Source of the DNA: a bacterium
GTDB taxonomy: Bacteria > Margulisbacteria > Marinamargulisbacteria > GCA-2716485 > JAYNIM01
Direction of reading: 5' to 3'
Assembly (NCBI GenBank): GCA_038109055.1
Contig: JAYNIM010000002.1
Span: forward strand, 111,759 to 175,758
Length of the DNA: 64,000 nucleotides
A model generated the notes under the pieces. That model searched no databases, was not told where the DNA came from, and was given only the letters and a program-made list of their open reading frames with translations. Below, piece after piece: positions 19,597 to 30,091 of the stretch. The translations under genes were made by a program, and so were the position numbers. How positions within the stretch are numbered: position 1 is the stretch's first letter; every line of letters starts with the position of its first letter.

Positions 19597-20208
19597 CTAC
19601 ATTAAAGCAGATTGATAATACCCCTCAACAACAGCCCAGTCTAAAACACTCCAAAAAGCTTCTATATATTCAGGACGTCTATTTTGATACTTAAGATAAT
19701 AAGCATGCTCCCACACATCCAAACCTAATAATGGTTTTTGGCCAAGCATCAACGGGCTATCTTGATTGGCTGTAGAAAAAACAGACAATTCATTTTTAGC
19801 ATCGATAGCCAACCAGGCCCATCCACTGCCAAAACGTGTTGCAGCGGCTTGCGAAAAAAGATCTTTAAACTCAGCTAAAGACCCAAACTTACGTTCAATC
19901 GCAGCACTTAATGGCCCCTCTGGTGTCAATTTTGGATCTGATGACAGCAACGTCCAAAACAAAGAATGATTAGCATGCCCACCGCCATTATTTTGAACAG
20001 CTGCTCGCTTATCTTCAGAAACAGCATCCAAATTCATCAATAACTTTTCAATATCATCAGATTCAAGTGTAGTATCTTTAATAGCATCATTAAGCTTAGC
20101 AACATACGCAGCATGATGCTTACTATGATGAATCTTCATTGTTTCTGCATCTATGTAAGGTGCCAAAGCAACATAATCATAATCCAATTCAGGTAATTTA
20201 TACGCCAT
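19597..20208 (-). CDS. sodA: Mn/Fe superoxide dismutase
   Basis: HHSKHH, NNGGGHANH, FGSGWAWL, DVWEHAYY. Confidence 0.95.
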   Translation of the reverse strand: MAYKLPELDYDYVALAPYIDAETMKIHHSKHHAAYVAKLNDAIKDTTLESDDIEKLLMNLDAVSEDKRAAVQNNGGGHANHSLFWTLLSSDPKLTPEGPLSAAIERKFGSLAEFKDLFSQAAATRFGSGWAWLAIDAKNELSVFSTANQDSPLMLGQKPLLGLDVWEHAYYLKYQNRRPEYIEAFWSVLDWAVVEGYYQSALM

Positions 20209-20235
20209 TTAAATACTCCCTTTTAAAAACTTTAT

Positions 20236-20826
20236 TTAACTTCCGGCAAAATAAGTGCGTAACCCTTCTTGATCAGCTGTCATAGCCTTCTGTCCTTTCT
20301 GCCAATTGACAGGACACACTTCGCCATTTTCTTCAAAAAACTGCAAAGCATCCACCATTCGTAACACTTCGTCAATACTACGCCCCAAAGGCAAATCATT
20401 CACAACTTGGTGTCGTACAATCCCTTGCTTATCAATTAAAAACAACCCACGATAAGATGCTCCTAAGTCATCACACAATACATCATAAGCTTTAGAAATC
20501 TCTTTATTAAAATCAGAAAGAATCGGATATTGAATCCCTTCAATCCCTCCTTGGTTTTTAGGTGTTTTCAACCAAGCAACATGCGAAAACCAAGAATCTA
20601 CAGAACAGCCAATAACTTGTGTATTTCTCGCATCAAATTCAGCTTTTTTATCCTGAAAAGCATGTAATTCTGTAGGACAAACATAAGTAAAATCCAAGGG
20701 GTAAAAAAACAACACAACATACTTACCACGATAATCCGTTAACGTCACAGAATCTTTAACTTGCCCACCCTCAACAACAGCCTTAACTGTAAAATCAGGG
20801 GCTTTTTTTCCAACTAAAACACTCAT
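20236..20826 (-). CDS. ahpC: 2-Cys peroxiredoxin
   Basis: FYPLDFTYVCPTE and GEVCP; SD AAGGAG. Confidence 0.97.
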   Translation of the reverse strand: MSVLVGKKAPDFTVKAVVEGGQVKDSVTLTDYRGKYVVLFFYPLDFTYVCPTELHAFQDKKAEFDARNTQVIGCSVDSWFSHVAWLKTPKNQGGIEGIQYPILSDFNKEISKAYDVLCDDLGASYRGLFLIDKQGIVRHQVVNDLPLGRSIDEVLRMVDALQFFEENGEVCPVNWQKGQKAMTADQEGLRTYFAGS

Positions 20827-20859
20827 ACAAAACTCCTTTTTTTTAATTTAACAATAAAA

Positions 20860-20888
20860 AAGTTACAATTTTAAATAAAAAAAGTCAA
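20860..20888 (-). promoter_or_regulatory. Candidate sigma70 promoter for the ahpC-sod operon
   Basis: TTGACT-N17-TAACTT on the minus strand. Confidence 0.45.
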
Positions 20889-21068
20889 GTTTACATAAAT
20901 TTAACTAACAATAGAAAACTTAACCAAGATAAAGTATAAATGAACTTCATTAAAAAAGAAAGAAATGCCCCCTCAAAACTCTAGATAACGCTACGACTCA
21001 TAACGCCACTTAAATAAATCTATAACCAATTGGTTCAAATATCACACATTCTCTCGTATAATCTAAAA

Positions 21069-21455
21069 ATGAAAAATAAAGAAAACATCCACTATCACTT
21101 ACAAATAGAAAACGGTAAAATCATCAAGGAAGAAGGTCATTTTTTCAGAGCGACTCCCTTCACTATCATCAAAGATACCTGCCATATCCACTGTGAGTTT
21201 ACGCACAAAGACCATGAGGTCGTCTACAAACTAAGTGAAAACAACAACCACCTCATCAATCTTGAACATCCTGATTACCTGCCAGATGTAGCACCAGAAG
21301 AACTAAATACCATCCTCAAATGCAGCAAAGACTCCCTATTTATTATAGAGGCACTGTTTCAATTAAAAATTGCCAAAAGCAGTATCTACAGCACTTATCT
21401 AAAGAAACAAAAACCAACTAGCTATAGCGTCATACAAGAAATAGCGGCCTTTTAA
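21069..21455 (+). CDS. Hypothetical protein; ATG 21069 preferred over 21030
   Basis: ORF directly upstream of rmuC; TATAAT 6 nt before the ATG. Confidence 0.6.
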   Translation: MKNKENIHYHLQIENGKIIKEEGHFFRATPFTIIKDTCHIHCEFTHKDHEVVYKLSENNNHLINLEHPDYLPDVAPEELNTILKCSKDSLFIIEALFQLKIAKSSIYSTYLKKQKPTSYSVIQEIAAF

Positions 21456-21459
21456 CTCA

Positions 21460-22821
21460 TTGAAAAACCTTCTCATAATAAACCAACTTATCTTCATCTT
21501 AGGTGCGATATCAGGCATACTCTTAACATGGTTTTTTTCAAAAAATAAAAATAAAGCCCACCTTCACATACTTAAAAAACAACTCTCCAGCCTAGAAACA
21601 GAACACAAAAATAACCAACACAAAAACACCCTCCTCCAAGAAAAAAATACCCAACTCGAAACAAAGCTCGCCACCTTAAGCGCCAATTACCAACATCTAC
21701 AAGAAAAACTACACACCCAAAAACAAGACGTTGCAGACCTACAAAAAACTTTTCAAACCCAATTTGAAAATTTAACCAATAAAATTTTTGATGAAAAAAG
21801 CAGCCGTTTTGTACAACAAAACAAAGAAAGTTTAAACAATATCATGAAACCTTTTCAAAACGACGTTCAATCTTTAAGAAAAAAAGTAGAAGATAGTTAC
21901 CAATACGAAGCGAAAGAACGAAATATATTACAAGGTGAGATCAAAAAATTGCATGAACTCAATCAACATATGAGCCAAGAAACACAAAATCTAACCAATG
22001 CTTTAAAGGGAAGTAACAAACTTCAAGGCAATTTTGGTGAAATCATGCTTGAAACCCTTTTAGAAAAATCAGGCCTTATTAAAGGTGAAGCCTATACAAC
22101 ACAAACAACTTTTACCGACCAAGAAGGCAAACGACAACAACCAGATGTAATTTTACACCTTCCAGAAAACAAACATATGGTGATTGACGCCAAAGTCACC
22201 TTAACTGCCTACAGCAAATACACAGAAGCAACCACAAAACACGATCAAGCCCTTGCGCTAAAAGAACATTTATTGTCCATCAAAGCGCATATTAAGGGAC
22301 TATCTAAAAAAAATTACCAACAAATTCATCATATCAACAGCCCAGACTTTGTATTTATGTTTTTACCTGTGGAACCTGCCTATACCCTGGCCTGTCAAGC
22401 TGACTCTTCATTATTTACCGAAGCCTTTTCTCAAAACATTGTTATTGTGACCCCATCAAATTTATTGGCAACCCTTCAAATTATTGCCAGTATTTGGAAA
22501 CAAGAAAAACAAAATAAATACGCACTTGAAATCGCCCAACAAGGGGGTGCTTTATACGACAAATTTGCAGCCTTTCTTGAAGATTTTGAAAAAATTGGCA
22601 AACAACTGAGCACTACAAATAATAGCTACAATACAGCACTAAACAAACTATCTACAGGTAAAGGAAGCCTTGTAACACGTGCCGAAAAAATCAAAGCCCT
22701 AGGCGCTAAAACAACAAAACATCTTCCCCCTCAATTTACAGCTGATACTACCCTACTTTCTTCCAACGAATCCCCGATATCACACCCTAACACCCCCTTA
22801 GAACAAACACTTATAACTTAA
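21460..22821 (+). CDS. rmuC: DNA recombination protein RmuC
   Basis: TM plus coiled coil; QGNFGEIMLE, QPDVILHLP, IDAKV, SPDFVFMFLP. Confidence 0.95.
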   Translation: MKNLLIINQLIFILGAISGILLTWFFSKNKNKAHLHILKKQLSSLETEHKNNQHKNTLLQEKNTQLETKLATLSANYQHLQEKLHTQKQDVADLQKTFQTQFENLTNKIFDEKSSRFVQQNKESLNNIMKPFQNDVQSLRKKVEDSYQYEAKERNILQGEIKKLHELNQHMSQETQNLTNALKGSNKLQGNFGEIMLETLLEKSGLIKGEAYTTQTTFTDQEGKRQQPDVILHLPENKHMVIDAKVTLTAYSKYTEATTKHDQALALKEHLLSIKAHIKGLSKKNYQQIHHINSPDFVFMFLPVEPAYTLACQADSSLFTEAFSQNIVIVTPSNLLATLQIIASIWKQEKQNKYALEIAQQGGALYDKFAAFLEDFEKIGKQLSTTNNSYNTALNKLSTGKGSLVTRAEKIKALGAKTTKHLPPQFTADTTLLSSNESPISHPNTPLEQTLIT

Positions 22822-22899
22822 ATCATTTATTTCCCAAGAAAATATTGCACCTAAAAAAATCTAAACAGCAAATACCTATCGTTCAATAACACCTCCTTA

Positions 22900-23493
22900 C
22901 TAATAAGGAAGAGCCTTTGCCATTTCTTTAATCAAACCCTGATTCGCCGCCAATAAAGCAGCGGCATCCCAAGAACCATCTAAAAAGGCCTCTTTATAAG
23001 ATTGATTCATTTTGAATGTGTACTGTTTATCTGACACAAACAAACTGTTCTTTTCAATCGAAATACGTATTTTTAAGTCAGTTTGTTGTTTTATCATTTG
23101 ACTAATTTCTTCAAGCTCTACACGCGTTAACATTAACAATGGAACACCAATCGCTTTACAATTTCCTGCAAATATTTCAGCAAAAGACTCCCCTATTACG
23201 ACCTGAAACCCAAAACGGGCAATGGCCTGAGGGGCATGTTCACGAGAAGACCCACAGCCAAAGTTCTTACCTGCAATCAATATCGTCGATGTTTTAGCAG
23301 CAGCTAAATTTAAAGGATGATCTTTTACCTGCCCCTTTTCATCAAAACGCGCATCATAAAACAAATATTCTCCCATTTTATCAAAGGTAATTTCTTTTAA
23401 AAAACGAGCAGGTACAATTTGGTCTGTATCAACATCATCTTCCAAACAAACAACGGCTGTCCCTTCAAATTTCTCCCGTTTAGCAACCATCAC
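22900..23493 (-). CDS. leuD: 3-isopropylmalate dehydratase small subunit
   Basis: [25 protein letters not shown]. Confidence 0.98.
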   Translation of the reverse strand: MMVAKREKFEGTAVVCLEDDVDTDQIVPARFLKEITFDKMGEYLFYDARFDEKGQVKDHPLNLAAAKTSTILIAGKNFGCGSSREHAPQAIARFGFQVVIGESFAEIFAGNCKAIGVPLLMLTRVELEEISQMIKQQTDLKIRISIEKNSLFVSDKQYTFKMNQSYKEAFLDGSWDAAALLAANQGLIKEMAKALPY

Positions 23494-24893
23494 ATATACT
23501 CCCTTACATCCACAATACGCCCCTCTACAGCTGCCATCACAGCCATTGCCGGACTCATCAATAATGTACGTCCACTAGGACTCCCCTGACGACCAATAAA
23601 ATTGCGATTACTCGTAGATGCACACAACTGATTACCCACTAACTTATCCGTATTCATCCCTAAACACATCGAACAACCTGCATGACGCCACTCTACCCCT
23701 GCCTGAATAAACACCTGATCAAGGCCTTCATCTTCAGCCTGTTTTTTCACTTGCTGCGACCCAGGTACAACAAAAACCTGAACCTGCTTAGAAACCTGTT
23801 TACCCTTCAATAAACGAGCCGCTTCTCTCAAATCAGATAATCGGGAATTGGTACACGACCCAATAAACACAACATCTACAGGCTGACCAATCAAAGACAT
23901 ACCCGGTTTAAAATTCATATGATCATAGGCTTTTTTCAGCAAAGGTTGTTCTTGTTCATCCACAGAATCAATAGCAGGCAAAGAATCCTGAATCCCCACT
24001 GACTGACCTGGTGTAATCCCCCAGGTCACCATAGGCGTCATATCTGCAGCATTCAAACATAAAACATCATCATATTTAGCATCAGACGCAGAGACAATCG
24101 ATTTCCAATACGCCAATTGCCTATCCCAGTCATCTCCAGTAGGCGCAAACTCACGTCCCTTTATATAATCATAGGTTGTTTGATCAGGGTTAACATACCC
24201 AATACGTGCACCTCCCTCGATACTCATATTACACATGGTCATACGCTCATCCATGCTCATAGCCTGAATCGTAGATCCTCCATATTCATAGGCATATCCC
24301 AAACCACCCTTAACCCCTAATTCATGTATAATACGCAAAATAACATCTTTTGCATAAATACCCACACCCAACTCCCCATCCATCTGGATTTTTCGAACTT
24401 TTAAGCGATTTAAAGCCAATGTTTGAGTTTGCAGCACATAACTCACTTCTGTACTTCCAATACCAAAGGCTAACGAACCAAAAGCCCCATGTGTAGACGT
24501 ATGACTATCCCCACAAGCAATCGTCATACCCGGTCGAGTCAGTCCCAATTCTGGGCCTACCACATGCACAATACCTTGTTTATGGGTACTAGGATCAAAA
24601 AACCGTATCCCAAAATCTCGCACATTTTGTTCCAAAGTTGAAACCATCAGTTCAGCCTGAGCATCTTCATAGGGTCGTGAGACATGTTTGGTAGGCACAA
24701 TATGATCCACCGTCCCCACGGTACGATCTGGAAACGCAACTGGCAATCCTTGTTCACGCAACTTCGCAAAGGCCTGAGGGGTCGTAACTTCATGAATCAA
24801 ATGCAACCCAATAAACAACTGATCTTGGCCATTAGACAAGGTATCGACCCGATGCTTCTCCCAAACATGATCATATAATGTACGTTCAGACAT
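23490..24893 (-). CDS. leuC: 3-isopropylmalate dehydratase large subunit
   Basis: [44 protein letters not shown]. Confidence 0.98.
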   Translation of the reverse strand: MSERTLYDHVWEKHRVDTLSNGQDQLFIGLHLIHEVTTPQAFAKLREQGLPVAFPDRTVGTVDHIVPTKHVSRPYEDAQAELMVSTLEQNVRDFGIRFFDPSTHKQGIVHVVGPELGLTRPGMTIACGDSHTSTHGAFGSLAFGIGSTEVSYVLQTQTLALNRLKVRKIQMDGELGVGIYAKDVILRIIHELGVKGGLGYAYEYGGSTIQAMSMDERMTMCNMSIEGGARIGYVNPDQTTYDYIKGREFAPTGDDWDRQLAYWKSIVSASDAKYDDVLCLNAADMTPMVTWGITPGQSVGIQDSLPAIDSVDEQEQPLLKKAYDHMNFKPGMSLIGQPVDVVFIGSCTNSRLSDLREAARLLKGKQVSKQVQVFVVPGSQQVKKQAEDEGLDQVFIQAGVEWRHAGCSMCLGMNTDKLVGNQLCASTSNRNFIGRQGSPSGRTLLMSPAMAVMAAVEGRIVDVREYM

Positions 24894-25022
24894 AGCCCAA
24901 ACAGCATAAATTCATCCACCCAGATCGTCAAGCTAAAAAAACAGCAACATCATAGCATCTAAAGAAAAAATAAGCTTGACAAGCACGCTATACTATAGAC
25001 AGTACTATTGTACAAGTTCTTT

Positions 25023-25421
25023 GGGGGTGTTCAGGCTTCGACGAGGTTGAACGAATGATTAAGGCGCGTGTCGAGGAGCTGCCCGGCCTCGTAAAAAGGC
25101 AGAAAACAATAACTGCTAAATCAAACGTTAGTTATTTTAACGCACCAGCTGCGGCTGCTGCTTAAGCGTTACGCGTTAATTTACACGTAACCCATCTGCA
25201 AGGTATGATGGCCGCTTTGCAAGATGTACTCTGTCATCTGCCCTATCTTGGGTTATAACAAGTTTAGGAAAGCCTTTATAACTCGTGTTACAGTTGCGTG
25301 TTTCTTCGCAATTGTAGCATTAAAGGATTTATGCAAATAAATTCACAAAAGAAACTACACACGTAGTTGACTTAATTAATCGCAATTTCGGACACCGGTT
25401 CAATTCCGGTCACCTCCACCA
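25023..25421 (+). ncRNA. ssrA: tmRNA; tag peptide (A)AKSNVSYFNAPAAAAA at 25115-25165
   Basis: 5' GGGGGTG pairs with 3' CACCTCC-ACCA including the G3:U wobble; T-arm ACCGGTTCAATTCCGGT; TTCGAC after the 5' stem; Ala-ending tag ORF. Confidence 0.95.
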
Positions 25422-25835
25422 GATTTCACTTTCGCTATATACTTCACCTAATTTCGTGCATAAATCACCCTCATTTAGAGGTTCTAACCTGTCATGAATA
25501 TCTTTAATACTTGGCGCTAGCTTTTTCATTTGTTCAATTGGATAAGTCGCTGTTATAGATAGCTTTCTATCTTTGAGAATGAGGTTCGAGCCAAGTGTTT
25601 GTAATATTTGCCTTTTGGTTTTCAAATCCCCATTTTCAAAGCTTTCTTAAGCTGAGTTTGCAAATGACAAAGTGTTCTCGGCTTTTTCTATCCAAGATTC
25701 AAAACGTCCGTGAGAATCATCCGACAATTCTTGCAAGCGACATTTTTTCTTCAAATACGTTTCTTTTTTCTGAGCATATTCATCAGAAGAAAGCTCTTCT
25801 TACATACGCATATCCAATAATCGAGTCAATTTTCG
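25410..25835 (-). pseudogene. C-terminal remnant of a large serine recombinase
   Basis: One frame reads KLTRLLDMRM*EELSSDEYAQKK...WIEKAENTLSFANSA*ESFENGDLKTKRQILQTLGSNLILKDRKL...WWR; in-frame TAA at 25800-25802 and 25647-25649. Confidence 0.65.
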
Positions 25836-26212
25836 ATCACAAAGGTCGATGCCATATCGGTTGTGATACAGCTTTTTGAATTTAGAAACGGCTTGCTGAG
25901 TCAAAATTGTTTATCCCATTTCGCTATACAATCAGCTTTTGATATATTTCAGACTGTCAGGCGAAGCTCTTGTTTCCAATATACTGTTACAGTATTTTAG
26001 AGCGAATCACTATTTTGAAATCTAAATTGTGACTGGCCTCCGGGTTCTTTTTTGATCTCATCTAATGTATATCCCATCGCAACCATCAAAGTGCTCAGAT
26101 TGAGGTCATAGGTTTTAACGTATATATTTTGATTCAAGTGTATCGTTCTCCTTAATTATCATTTTTTTCTTGTGCGACTGATTGGCAAAAGCAATGATTT
26201 CAGAGTAATTAT

Positions 26213-26256
26213 ACTGAACCATGAACAGTAGTAGACTAAACCATGAACTAAAGTAG
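26213..26256. repeat. 22-bp tandem direct repeat, 18/22 identical
   Basis: actgaaccatgaacagtagtag / actaaaccatgaactaaagtag. Confidence 0.6.
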
Positions 26257-26339
26257 GGCTTGGCTTATTTTGTGCTGATTAAGATGTAAAATGATCTAGC
26301 AAGATCGGATATCTTAGACCAAAATGACCTGTTCTGCTT

Positions 26340-26932
26340 CCTTTGATCAATGAATAAAAGAGGAGGTGAATATGCTTTTTTCTTTCCCTTCGAGCCATAA
26401 AAACCTCTTTGATTGTATAAACCAGATTTAAGGCTTCCATTATATCTTCTTGGGATACAAGAGTGTAGCCTTTCTGAGTTTGTTAATAAAGATCGCGCAA
26501 TACAGCTGCTTGATCGTCTGTAAAAGTATCTTCTTGCACCATCGTGATAGATTTAAAATTTTTAGAAATACCAAGTACACCTGTAATGAATGTGGGTGAT
26601 TTTGATTTTGTAGGTGTAATATTTTCTGGAGCGTCTATACTTCGTTTCAACTTTAATAGGGTTTTTCGGTTGGCTTTGTCATATTTTATATATACCAAGG
26701 TAGGAACGTTTGTTTCCTTTTCACAAGACACATTCTCAAAAACACCCCATCATTCAATAACTGGACAGGGTATCTCTGTGTTTCCATATTGACTGGTTGT
26801 AATAGAAAACGATACCCTTGGGTCACCCAGATTAAGATCAACATGATCAATATACTGATCAACAATCAGTTTAATCATATCTTTAGTTCCCGTACTCAGA
26901 TCCTGTATTTCACGAACAAAATCGCTTGTCAT
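26340..26932 (-). pseudogene. Interrupted gene with a putative C-terminal winged-HTH; 3' end approximate
   Basis: ORFs 26932-26750 and 26731-26483 share one frame, split by a TGA; the frame continues after the TAA as QTQKGYTLVSQEDIMEALNLVYTIKEVF. Confidence 0.55.
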
Positions 26933-27029
26933 GACACCCTTTCATATTCATTTATGTGCAGTGTTCTTTTATATGATAAATTTCAAAACTATGCTAGAAT
27001 TTCGAACATGTTATTAAGCTTAAAATCAA

Positions 27030-28460
27030 TTGAGATCTCTGAAGGTAAAAGTCTATATGTATTCAGAAAGTAAAATATCAGAATCAAGAAACAATCGTAA
27101 ACATCCCCCAGTTTTAAAATGGGTAAATCATGCTTCTTATATTATAAGTTGCAGATCCATTCACCTTATGACAGATCCATGGTTATTTGGTTCGGCATTT
27201 GATAACGGATGGGATTTATTGAGTAAATCAGAGTTTGATATCAAAGACTTTAACTCAATTACACATATTTGGTTCTCACATGAACACCCTGATCATTTTG
27301 CACCTCAAGTATTAGTTAAAATTCCAGAAGAAGTTAGAAGGAAAATAACCGTTTTATTCCAAGTCACCAAAGATAAGCGTGTTTATAAGTTTTTAAAAAA
27401 ACTAAACTTTAATATTGTTGAATTAGACAACAGAAAGTCATACAAATTAGATGAAGGAAATGTTGTTACCTGTGGCAAAATGAGAGGAATTGATTCCTGG
27501 CTGCTTCAAGAAATCAACGGCAAGAAAATCTTAAATATTAATGATTGTGTAATTGATACTACTGAAAAGGCAAAATCAATACTAAACACTACAGGTGAGA
27601 TTGATATTCTTCTCACCCAGTTTTCATACGCAAACTGGGTAGGTAATCCAGAAGATAAAAGTCTTCGAGAAATAGAGGCAAAGAAAAAGTTAGAGTGCAT
27701 TCGTATGCAATGTGAGATTTTTAAACCCAAGAAAGTTATTCCATTTGCAAGCTTTGTTTATTTTTCTCATAAGGAAAATAATTATCATAATGATCTAATA
27801 AACAAGATAAGCACTGTTGAAGACTACCTGAAAAGGAATTGTAAACCAGTTCCCATTATCTTGTATCCTGGGGATACTTGGGATTTACAATCCAAAATTA
27901 TTAATGATCAAGCATTAATGCGTTATGAAAAAGATTATGATTTAACAAATGCTCAATTTCATCAATCTGATCCATCCATAGAAATATCAAGTTTGATTTC
28001 GATGAGCAAAAAATATATAGAAAATATAAAGAAAAAGAATAATGGACTATTTTTATTAATGCTATTACCAAAAAAATATGGGATGAAAGAATTGAGTATA
28101 TATATTTGTGATATTGATAAATATTGTATTTTTACTCTCAAAAATGGCTTAAAAATAGTTGATAAATTAGAGTGTAGTGATATTACAATATGGAGTAGTA
28201 GTTTAGCCTATATATTTAAACATGAATGGGGTATTGGCTCTGTTTTAGTTAATGGAAGGTTTAGAGCAAGTAAATTTGGTCGACTAGCTTTTGATAGAAT
28301 GTTCATGGCAAGTATATTTAATAGCACAGATATTTATATTACATTTGGGTTTTTAATCAATAGGTTTTTAATAAAACTATTCAGAGTCAAAGATTTAACA
28401 ACTGAAGAAGAAGTTAGTTATCATAAGGCTTGGAAGAGACTGATAAAAAAAAGCGTTTGA
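27030..28460 (+). CDS. Metallo-beta-lactamase-fold protein, UlaG/CMAH-like; start may be ATG 27057
   Basis: NHAS, TDPWLFGSAFDNGW, SHEHPDH, LNINDC, PFASFVYF. Confidence 0.8.
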   Translation: MRSLKVKVYMYSESKISESRNNRKHPPVLKWVNHASYIISCRSIHLMTDPWLFGSAFDNGWDLLSKSEFDIKDFNSITHIWFSHEHPDHFAPQVLVKIPEEVRRKITVLFQVTKDKRVYKFLKKLNFNIVELDNRKSYKLDEGNVVTCGKMRGIDSWLLQEINGKKILNINDCVIDTTEKAKSILNTTGEIDILLTQFSYANWVGNPEDKSLREIEAKKKLECIRMQCEIFKPKKVIPFASFVYFSHKENNYHNDLINKISTVEDYLKRNCKPVPIILYPGDTWDLQSKIINDQALMRYEKDYDLTNAQFHQSDPSIEISSLISMSKKYIENIKKKNNGLFLLMLLPKKYGMKELSIYICDIDKYCIFTLKNGLKIVDKLECSDITIWSSSLAYIFKHEWGIGSVLVNGRFRASKFGRLAFDRMFMASIFNSTDIYITFGFLINRFLIKLFRVKDLTTEEEVSYHKAWKRLIKKSV

Positions 28461-28576
28461 TTGTTAAGTGCTTATGTTACAAGTATTTTTAAAATCAATG
28501 AACTGATTTGAGTTATGCATAAAATAGGTTCAAACATCGTCCGCCCAACTCCACCAATAACAATTCGAGCCTACTA

Positions 28577-30091
28577 TTAAAAACTTTTCACAGTAAACGA
28601 TATATTGCGTCGTATATCATCCCAAATAATCCCAAGCTTCACACAATGAAAAACCCGCAAAACAGCTATTTCCAAACGACGAAGCGTCTCCGACTCAAGC
28701 TGATAATCCACATCAAAGGAAACAATATAACGCTTAAGAACTGTCTCCAAACTCATCCCTGCTTCATGTTCAGTAACCGCATAAACATCCTCAAATTGAA
28801 AAGCACTTTGCCCCCGATTCAACAACATATAAGAAAAACGAAAAACTGGAGACATAACAAAAGAATCCAATTTAATACTCACACCCCCTCTAACACGTTC
28901 CCAAGGGGCTTTATCTGAATAATGGTAATAATCATGTTTTAAAAAAGGCGTATAAAAAACACCCCCACGCTGAAATTTTCGTGAAACATAATGCCGTAAA
29001 CGAAAAGTATCTAAAGAAAGATCCCCCTCTTCTCTACTCTCCAAAATTGATCCATAAGAAACGATACTTTCAAGCGAAATCTGTGAATAAAGAAAATGTT
29101 TAAATTGATTTTTCACCTTAAAAAAAGGCTGATAACTTACCCATGAATCATGTAGTAAGATCCGTTCCTTATACATACTACTCAAGGTTTGAGTCGACAC
29201 CGCTACACCTTGCAAGGTTAACGAAAGAACATGTAAGGGATTTAACACACGTAAAGGCTTCAAATTATAGACATGCTCAATACCATACCCACTGCGATGT
29301 TTGTGATAAAACTGCGAAACAAGGTTAAAAGATTGACGCTGAGATAACACAACACGATGATCAAAACCAAACAAAAATCCAAGTCGATTGGTATACCCCA
29401 ACGACATAAAACCCGAATTTTGCTTATTCAAAAAATAAGGAACTTCTTGTCTAACATATCCCCCCTCTTGAACCGAACGTCCAACAACTGGAAATAAAGA
29501 CCGATGTCCCAAACTTTGAGTTAGCGCACTAAAAAAAACAGGAAATGGCAAAGGAAAAGGAAGAAAAGAAAAATGAACACTATTACCCAAAGCAACCCCA
29601 ATATTAAAACGAGGGTAAATATAAATTCGCTTAGACGATACCCAATAATGCTCATATCGAGAACATGAGCTAAAACGACCATCAAACATTGTTAAACTTT
29701 TTGAATCAACAAACACTTTTTTGCCCAACAAATGTAAGCGATCAGAACGAACGACCAAGGCATCTCCCCTCGCTTCATTACGAAAAGCATTATAAGAAAA
29801 ACGTTTAAAATAAAGAGACACATTTTTGGTGGTATAAGACAGATATTCTAAAAAATCGACTTGCCGTGCCTTTAGATCACATGAAATAGCCTCCGAAGAA
29901 ACATCAAAGGGTACCCCGTTAGACTCAAAAGAAAGTAATGCCTTATCCCTAATATGCACAACCCCCATCTGCGAATCAATACTAATATAATTAGACGAAA
30001 CGCTAAACTGCCAAATATCCTCAGCAAAAAGCTGAAAACCAGAAAAAAAGAAAACTAGAAAAAAGAAACAATTACGGAACAGGCTGAGCAT
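28577..30091 (-). CDS. LptD-like outer-membrane protein
   Basis: Signal peptide; OstA-like N-terminus; FSSC..HYWVSSKRIYIYP; beta-rich; terminal Phe. Confidence 0.6.
   Translation of the reverse strand: MLSLFRNCFFFLVFFFSGFQLFAEDIWQFSVSSNYISIDSQMGVVHIRDKALLSFESNGVPFDVSSEAISCDLKARQVDFLEYLSYTTKNVSLYFKRFSYNAFRNEARGDALVVRSDRLHLLGKKVFVDSKSLTMFDGRFSSCSRYEHYWVSSKRIYIYPRFNIGVALGNSVHFSFLPFPLPFPVFFSALTQSLGHRSLFPVVGRSVQEGGYVRQEVPYFLNKQNSGFMSLGYTNRLGFLFGFDHRVVLSQRQSFNLVSQFYHKHRSGYGIEHVYNLKPLRVLNPLHVLSLTLQGVAVSTQTLSSMYKERILLHDSWVSYQPFFKVKNQFKHFLYSQISLESIVSYGSILESREEGDLSLDTFRLRHYVSRKFQRGGVFYTPFLKHDYYHYSDKAPWERVRGGVSIKLDSFVMSPVFRFSYMLLNRGQSAFQFEDVYAVTEHEAGMSLETVLKRYIVSFDVDYQLESETLRRLEIAVLRVFHCVKLGIIWDDIRRNISFTVKSF

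Larger units (their letters stand above)
25422..28556. mobile_element. Decayed integrative island at the ssrA 3' end
   Basis: Recombinase pseudogene abuts ssrA; degenerate copy of the ssrA 3' end at 28541-28556 (13/16 match); host strand skew is lost. Confidence 0.7.

Noticed and set aside
20939..20951. Palindrome AATGAACTTCATT upstream of ahpC as a PerR/Fur box
   Set aside because: It is only a 6-1-6 palindrome in very AT-rich DNA and a poor match to known boxes.
24894..25022. T-box or attenuator upstream of leuC
   Set aside because: The short intergenic region is shared with the divergent ssrA, and no leader peptide or T-box motif is visible.
25595..25879. 94-aa plus-strand ORF
   Set aside because: It is the antisense shadow of the recombinase pseudogene.
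26750..26752. TGA recoding (genetic code 4/25 or selenocysteine) in the island ORF
   Set aside because: The same frame and the neighbouring recombinase also contain TAA stops, and TGA ends normal genes (motB at 12202, uvrA, leuC). Decay is the simpler explanation.
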